Positions 60,464 to 64,000 of a stretch of 64,000 bases of DNA are shown here, one piece after another (within the stretch, counting starts at the first letter, position 1; every line of letters begins with the position of its first letter). The translations under genes were made by a program, and so were the position numbers. The notes under the pieces are model-generated. The model searched no databases. It saw nothing but the letters and a program-made list of their open reading frames with translations, and was not told the DNA's origin. The stretch comes from Candidatus Aminicenantes bacterium (GTDB lineage: Bacteria > Acidobacteriota > Aminicenantia > UBA2199): positions 124,530 through 188,529 of the forward strand of contig CAWHBG010000003.1 in NCBI GenBank assembly GCA_963827565.1, given 5' to 3'.

Positions 60464-61400
60464 AAATAAATATCTGATCTTTTCCGGTTCATCAAACCTT
60501 CCGCTGGCAAAAAAAATTGTCGGCAGACTAAAAAAGGATCTGGGGCAGGCAAGCCTTGGGACCTTTTCTGATGGAGAAATAAGATTTCAGAGTTGGGAAA
60601 ATGTCAGGGGCGCCGACGTTTTTGTGATCCAGTCTTTCACAAAAGATATTAATTTTCATATCATGGAACTCCTCCTTATGTGTGATGCATTTAAGAGAGC
60701 GTCTGCCAGGAGGATAACAGCTGTCATCCCCTATTATGCATATGCAAGACAGGACAGAAAGGACAGGCCCAGGGTTCCGATCTCTGCAAAACTTATTGCA
60801 GACCTCCTGGAAACATCAGGATTCTCAAGGATCCTCGCCATTGACCTGCATGCAAATCAGATACAGGGATTTTTCAATATCCCCGTTGACAACCTGATGG
60901 CTCTCCCTATATTCGTTTCCCATTTTAAGAAGAAGAAATTGAAAGATCTTGTCATAGTTTCCCCTGATGCGGGCGGAGTTGAGAGGGCAAGGAGTTTTGC
61001 TCAAAAATTGAAGGCAGGGCTTGCGATCGCAGATAAGAGAAGAGCCGAGGCCAATGTTGCAGAGATATTGCATATAATCGGTGATGTCAAAAATAAGAAT
61101 GCAATAATTGTCGATGATATTGTGGACACTGCCGGGACAATGACAGAAACAGTAAAAGCTCTTAAAAAGAACGGAGCAAAAAAAATATATGCAGCCTGTA
61201 CACATGGGATCCTTTCAGGTAAAGCATTGGAAAGGCTGACTGATTCTCCGTTGGAGAAATTGTTCATCACAGATACAATACCGTTGCAGAGTGAACTTTT
61301 AAAATGTGATAAGATTGGGATATTATCAGTATCCGACCTATTTTCACAGGCTATAAGCAGTATTTATAAAGAAACATCAGTTTCAAAATTATTTAAATAG
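60456..61400 (+). CDS. prs: Ribose-phosphate pyrophosphokinase
   Basis: FSDGEI, PYYAYARQDRK, DLHANQIQGFF, VSPDAGGVERA, VDDIVDTAGT. Confidence 0.97.
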   Translation: MTKNKYLIFSGSSNLPLAKKIVGRLKKDLGQASLGTFSDGEIRFQSWENVRGADVFVIQSFTKDINFHIMELLLMCDAFKRASARRITAVIPYYAYARQDRKDRPRVPISAKLIADLLETSGFSRILAIDLHANQIQGFFNIPVDNLMALPIFVSHFKKKKLKDLVIVSPDAGGVERARSFAQKLKAGLAIADKRRAEANVAEILHIIGDVKNKNAIIVDDIVDTAGTMTETVKALKKNGAKKIYAACTHGILSGKALERLTDSPLEKLFITDTIPLQSELLKCDKIGILSVSDLFSQAISSIYKETSVSKLFK

Positions 61401-61411
61401 AGAGGTGTAAT

Positions 61412-62107
61412 ATGTCAAATATAATAGCGATGAATGCCGAATCAAGAGATGAGGTCGGCAAGCAGGTAGCAAAAAGAATTCGGAAAGAGAATAAGATTCC
61501 CGCAATAATTTATGGAGAGAAAAAAGACTCTATCCCCATTTCAATAGAAATGGCTGACATAAAAAAGATAATGAAATCGGAGATGGGTGAGAATACTATC
61601 CTTAGAATCAAGAGAGACAAGATCGAAGTTGATGCTATGTTAAAAGATATTCAATACGATTACCTGTCTGATAAAATAATACATGCAGATTTTATCAGGA
61701 TCGATCTGAAAAAGAAGATCGAAGTGAGTGTCCCGATAGTATTGATCGGGGAACCTATAGGGGTAAGGATGGAAGACGGGATCCTCGACCAGGTAAACAG
61801 AGAGGTTGACCTCAGATGCCTCCCTCATAAGATCCCCAGCAAAATAGAAATCAATGTTGAAGACCTTCATATCGGACATTCTCTGAAATTCGAGATCATT
61901 GAACTTGAAGAGGATGTAGAACTTGTCTCAAGCCCTACAAGGGTTATTTGTGCTGTCCAGGTCAAGGGTGCAGTTGAAGAGGAAGTTGAAGAGGAAGAAG
62001 AATTAGAAGAGGGTGAAGAAGGTGAAGAAGCAGCAGAAACTACAGATACCGATAAGAAACCTGCTGATTCTTCTGAAGAGAAAAAAGAGGAAGATAAGAA
62101 AGAATAA
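61412..62107 (+). CDS. rplY: 50S ribosomal protein L25/Ctc
   Basis: KRIRKENKIPAIIYG, IHADFIRI, VPIVLIGEPIGV, acidic tail. Confidence 0.93.
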   Translation: MSNIIAMNAESRDEVGKQVAKRIRKENKIPAIIYGEKKDSIPISIEMADIKKIMKSEMGENTILRIKRDKIEVDAMLKDIQYDYLSDKIIHADFIRIDLKKKIEVSVPIVLIGEPIGVRMEDGILDQVNREVDLRCLPHKIPSKIEINVEDLHIGHSLKFEIIELEEDVELVSSPTRVICAVQVKGAVEEEVEEEEELEEGEEGEEAAETTDTDKKPADSSEEKKEEDKKE

Positions 62108-62167
62108 TATACATAAACTCTTTGCTTTCCTCTCCGGAGGAAGGCTGAAAAACCATAAGGAGGTAAA

Positions 62168-63013
62168 ATGAAAAGAGAGTATGAGATAGGATTGATAATC
62201 AATCCTGAAACCGCTGATGAAGAAGCGGAAAAGATCAAGACTTCAATAACCGATATACTTGAAAAAGGAAAAGGGACTATTGAAAATATTGATGACTGGG
62301 GGCGTAAGGCTCTAGCCTATCCGATCGAAAAACATAAAGAGGGCATTTATGTTTTCATTAAAACAATGTCTCCCGGCGATGTTATTGCCGCAGTTGAGAG
62401 AAGACTTAAACTGAATGAAAAAGTGATGCGCTTCATTGTAATCCGCCTCGATGACAAATTTAGAAAAACTAACAAACTGGTGAAGAAGTGGAAGAGGATA
62501 GAAAAGTTTTCAAAAAAATCTGCTGGAGATATTGAGAGAGAGCGACCTGCAGAAAGGCCGGCTCCTCAGCCAAAAACAGAAGTTGAAGTACCAAAGGTTG
62601 AAACTACACCTGAAGAGGTAAAAGTAAAAGATACTCCTGTTGAAAAAAAGGCCGAAAAGAAGGTTGAAAAGGAAAAAGTGGAAAAGGCCGTAACAGAACC
62701 TGAAGCGAAAGAAGAGAAAAAAGAAGAAAAGAAGGTTGAAAAGAAAAAAGTGGAAAAGGCCGTAACAGAACCTGAAGCAAAAGAAGAGAAAAAAGAAGAA
62801 AAGAAAGTGGAGCTTAAAGAAAAGCCAACAAAAGAAGAAACCGTGAAAAAAGCTGCTAAAAAAGAGAAGAAAGAAGAGAAGGAAGTAAAAAAAGAAAAAG
62901 TCGAAGAAACAGCTGAGAAACCGGTTAAACCTAAAAAAGCTCCGGCAAAGAAGACAACAAAAAAAACAGAGGAAAAAGTAGAAGAGGAGGCAGAAAATGC
63001 AGAGACCAAGTAA
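62168..63013 (+). CDS. rpsF: 30S ribosomal protein S6 with a long Lys/Glu-rich tail
   Basis: REYEIGLII, DDWGRKALAYPI, RRLKLNEKVMRFIV. Confidence 0.92.
   Translation: MKREYEIGLIINPETADEEAEKIKTSITDILEKGKGTIENIDDWGRKALAYPIEKHKEGIYVFIKTMSPGDVIAAVERRLKLNEKVMRFIVIRLDDKFRKTNKLVKKWKRIEKFSKKSAGDIERERPAERPAPQPKTEVEVPKVETTPEEVKVKDTPVEKKAEKKVEKEKVEKAVTEPEAKEEKKEEKKVEKKKVEKAVTEPEAKEEKKEEKKVELKEKPTKEETVKKAAKKEKKEEKEVKKEKVEETAEKPVKPKKAPAKKTTKKTEEKVEEEAENAETK
62654..62811 (+). repeat. 72-bp coding tandem repeat (~2.2 copies) in the rpsF tail
   Basis: Units start at 62654 and 62726 and encode EKKVEK(E/K)KVEKAVTEPEAKEEKKE; 2 nt differences. Confidence 0.9.
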
Positions 63014-63269
63014 GCCGTCAAGGCCCTCAAGATTCCCGAAAAAGCAGTATTTCTCAAAAAAGAAATATTGTTCTTTTTGCAAGGACCGTATAAGGCTCAT
63101 CGACTATAAAAAATCTTCAGAACTTGAGAATTATATTCTTGAAACCGGAAAGATCCTGCCTGCAAGGGTGACAGGAACCTGTGCTTATCATCAGAAACAA
63201 TTGAGCAAGGCAATAAAACAGGCAAGACATATGGCTCTTGTTAAATTCATAGAATCCAGGAGAGGATAA
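62997..63269 (+). CDS. rpsR: 30S ribosomal protein S18 (Zn-binding C+ form)
   Basis: KKKYCSFC...IDYK...GKILPARVTGTCAYHQ..L..AIK.AR. Confidence 0.95.
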   Translation: MQRPSKPSRPSRFPKKQYFSKKKYCSFCKDRIRLIDYKKSSELENYILETGKILPARVTGTCAYHQKQLSKAIKQARHMALVKFIESRRG

Positions 63270-63270
63270 A

Positions 63271-63783
63271 ATGAAAGTTCTACTTAATTCAGATATAGAA
63301 AACCTCGGGAAGGTTGGGGACCAGGTTGATGTAAAGCCAGGATATGCAAGAAATTATCTACTTCCGAAGAATCTGGCCCTTGAGGTTACAAAACATAATC
63401 TTGAGATAATGATCCATAGAAAAAAGAAAGCTGATAAGCAGAGAGAAATTGAAAAATTATCAGCTGAAGAACAGAAGACGAGAATTGAAGGCCTTAAGAT
63501 AGAGATCGAAAAAAAGGCCGGAGAGAACGATGTCCTCTTCGGCTCAGTTACTACTCTTGAGATCGAGAAGAAACTCGCCGAGCTGGGAGTAGAGGTTGAG
63601 AGGAAAAGAATTCACCTGGATGAACCTATTAAGAAACTTGGTGAATTTATCAGCAGGATCAAATTATTCGAAGATGTTGAAGCTCAATTGAAGATCATTG
63701 TAAACAAAGAAGGAGAAGATGAAACGGAGCAGAAACCGGAAGAGAAGCCGGTAGGGAAACCTGAGCCGGAAGAAAGTGAATAA
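63271..63783 (+). CDS. rplI: 50S ribosomal protein L9
   Basis: MKVLL...LGKVGDQVDVKPGYARNYLLP, LFGSVT. Confidence 0.96.
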   Translation: MKVLLNSDIENLGKVGDQVDVKPGYARNYLLPKNLALEVTKHNLEIMIHRKKKADKQREIEKLSAEEQKTRIEGLKIEIEKKAGENDVLFGSVTTLEIEKKLAELGVEVERKRIHLDEPIKKLGEFISRIKLFEDVEAQLKIIVNKEGEDETEQKPEEKPVGKPEPEESE

Positions 63784-64000
63784 CCCTTCAGATAAATCAA
63801 AGCTCCCGGGCAGCGATCATGCGGAAAAAGCTGTTCTGGGGGCTATGCTGATAGATAACAGATACATTGATATTGTTTTCAATGACATAAACTCAGACGA
63901 TTTCTATCGCGCATCAAACAAAACAATAGCCGCAGCTATTTATAAAGTTTATGAAGATGGCAGTAAAGCTGATACACTAACGGTCGGAGAACATCTGGGA
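63776..64000 (+). CDS. dnaB: Replicative DNA helicase, N-terminal part (truncated by the window end)
   Basis: Not in the ORF track. From GTG 63776: ...LPGSDHAEKAVLGAMLID...DDFYRASNKTI...DTLTVGEHLG; follows rplI as is typical. Confidence 0.85.
   Translation, partial: MNNPSDKSKLPGSDHAEKAVLGAMLIDNRYIDIVFNDINSDDFYRASNKTIAAAIYKVYEDGSKADTLTVGEHLG

Overview
A 64-kb bacterial chromosomal window, about 35-40% GC by eye. It is probably from Candidatus Aminicenantes (Acidobacteriota); this is inferred from the Oar-type TonB receptor, the 6-bladed propellers and the lolB-like/ispE/tRNA-Gln/prs/rplY/rpsF/rpsR/rplI/dnaB gene order. Layout: (1) 1-6.2 kb, a decayed accessory stretch (katG, zeta-like ATPase pair, USP, broken mscS, DUF481 remnant). 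(2) 6.2-21.9 kb, an island at the tRNA-Arg(TCT) 3' end, bounded by ~181-bp diverged direct repeats and carrying a TonB receptor/sensor module, an IS3 scar and a class II UvrA. (3) 22-42 kb, mostly core genes, with an HUH (RAYT-like) transposase between perfect 25-bp inverted repeats inside the purB-purL region. (4) 42.2-58.9 kb, the highlight: an extracellular electron transfer locus with six multiheme cytochromes (53 CxxCH plus 3 variant motifs). It comprises an OmcE-like tetraheme (candidate nanowire subunit) heading an operon with NHL propellers, a pentaheme lipoprotein, a porin and 12- and 15-heme cytochromes, followed by MtrA-MtrB and an internally duplicated 2x5-heme surface lipoprotein. 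Both units share near-identical sigma70 promoters and a common 16-bp operator. (5) 58.9-64 kb, a core translation/replication cluster. Frameshifts in katG, mscS and purL fall in short runs and may be long-read errors. All family assignments come from motif recognition by eye; no database search was run.
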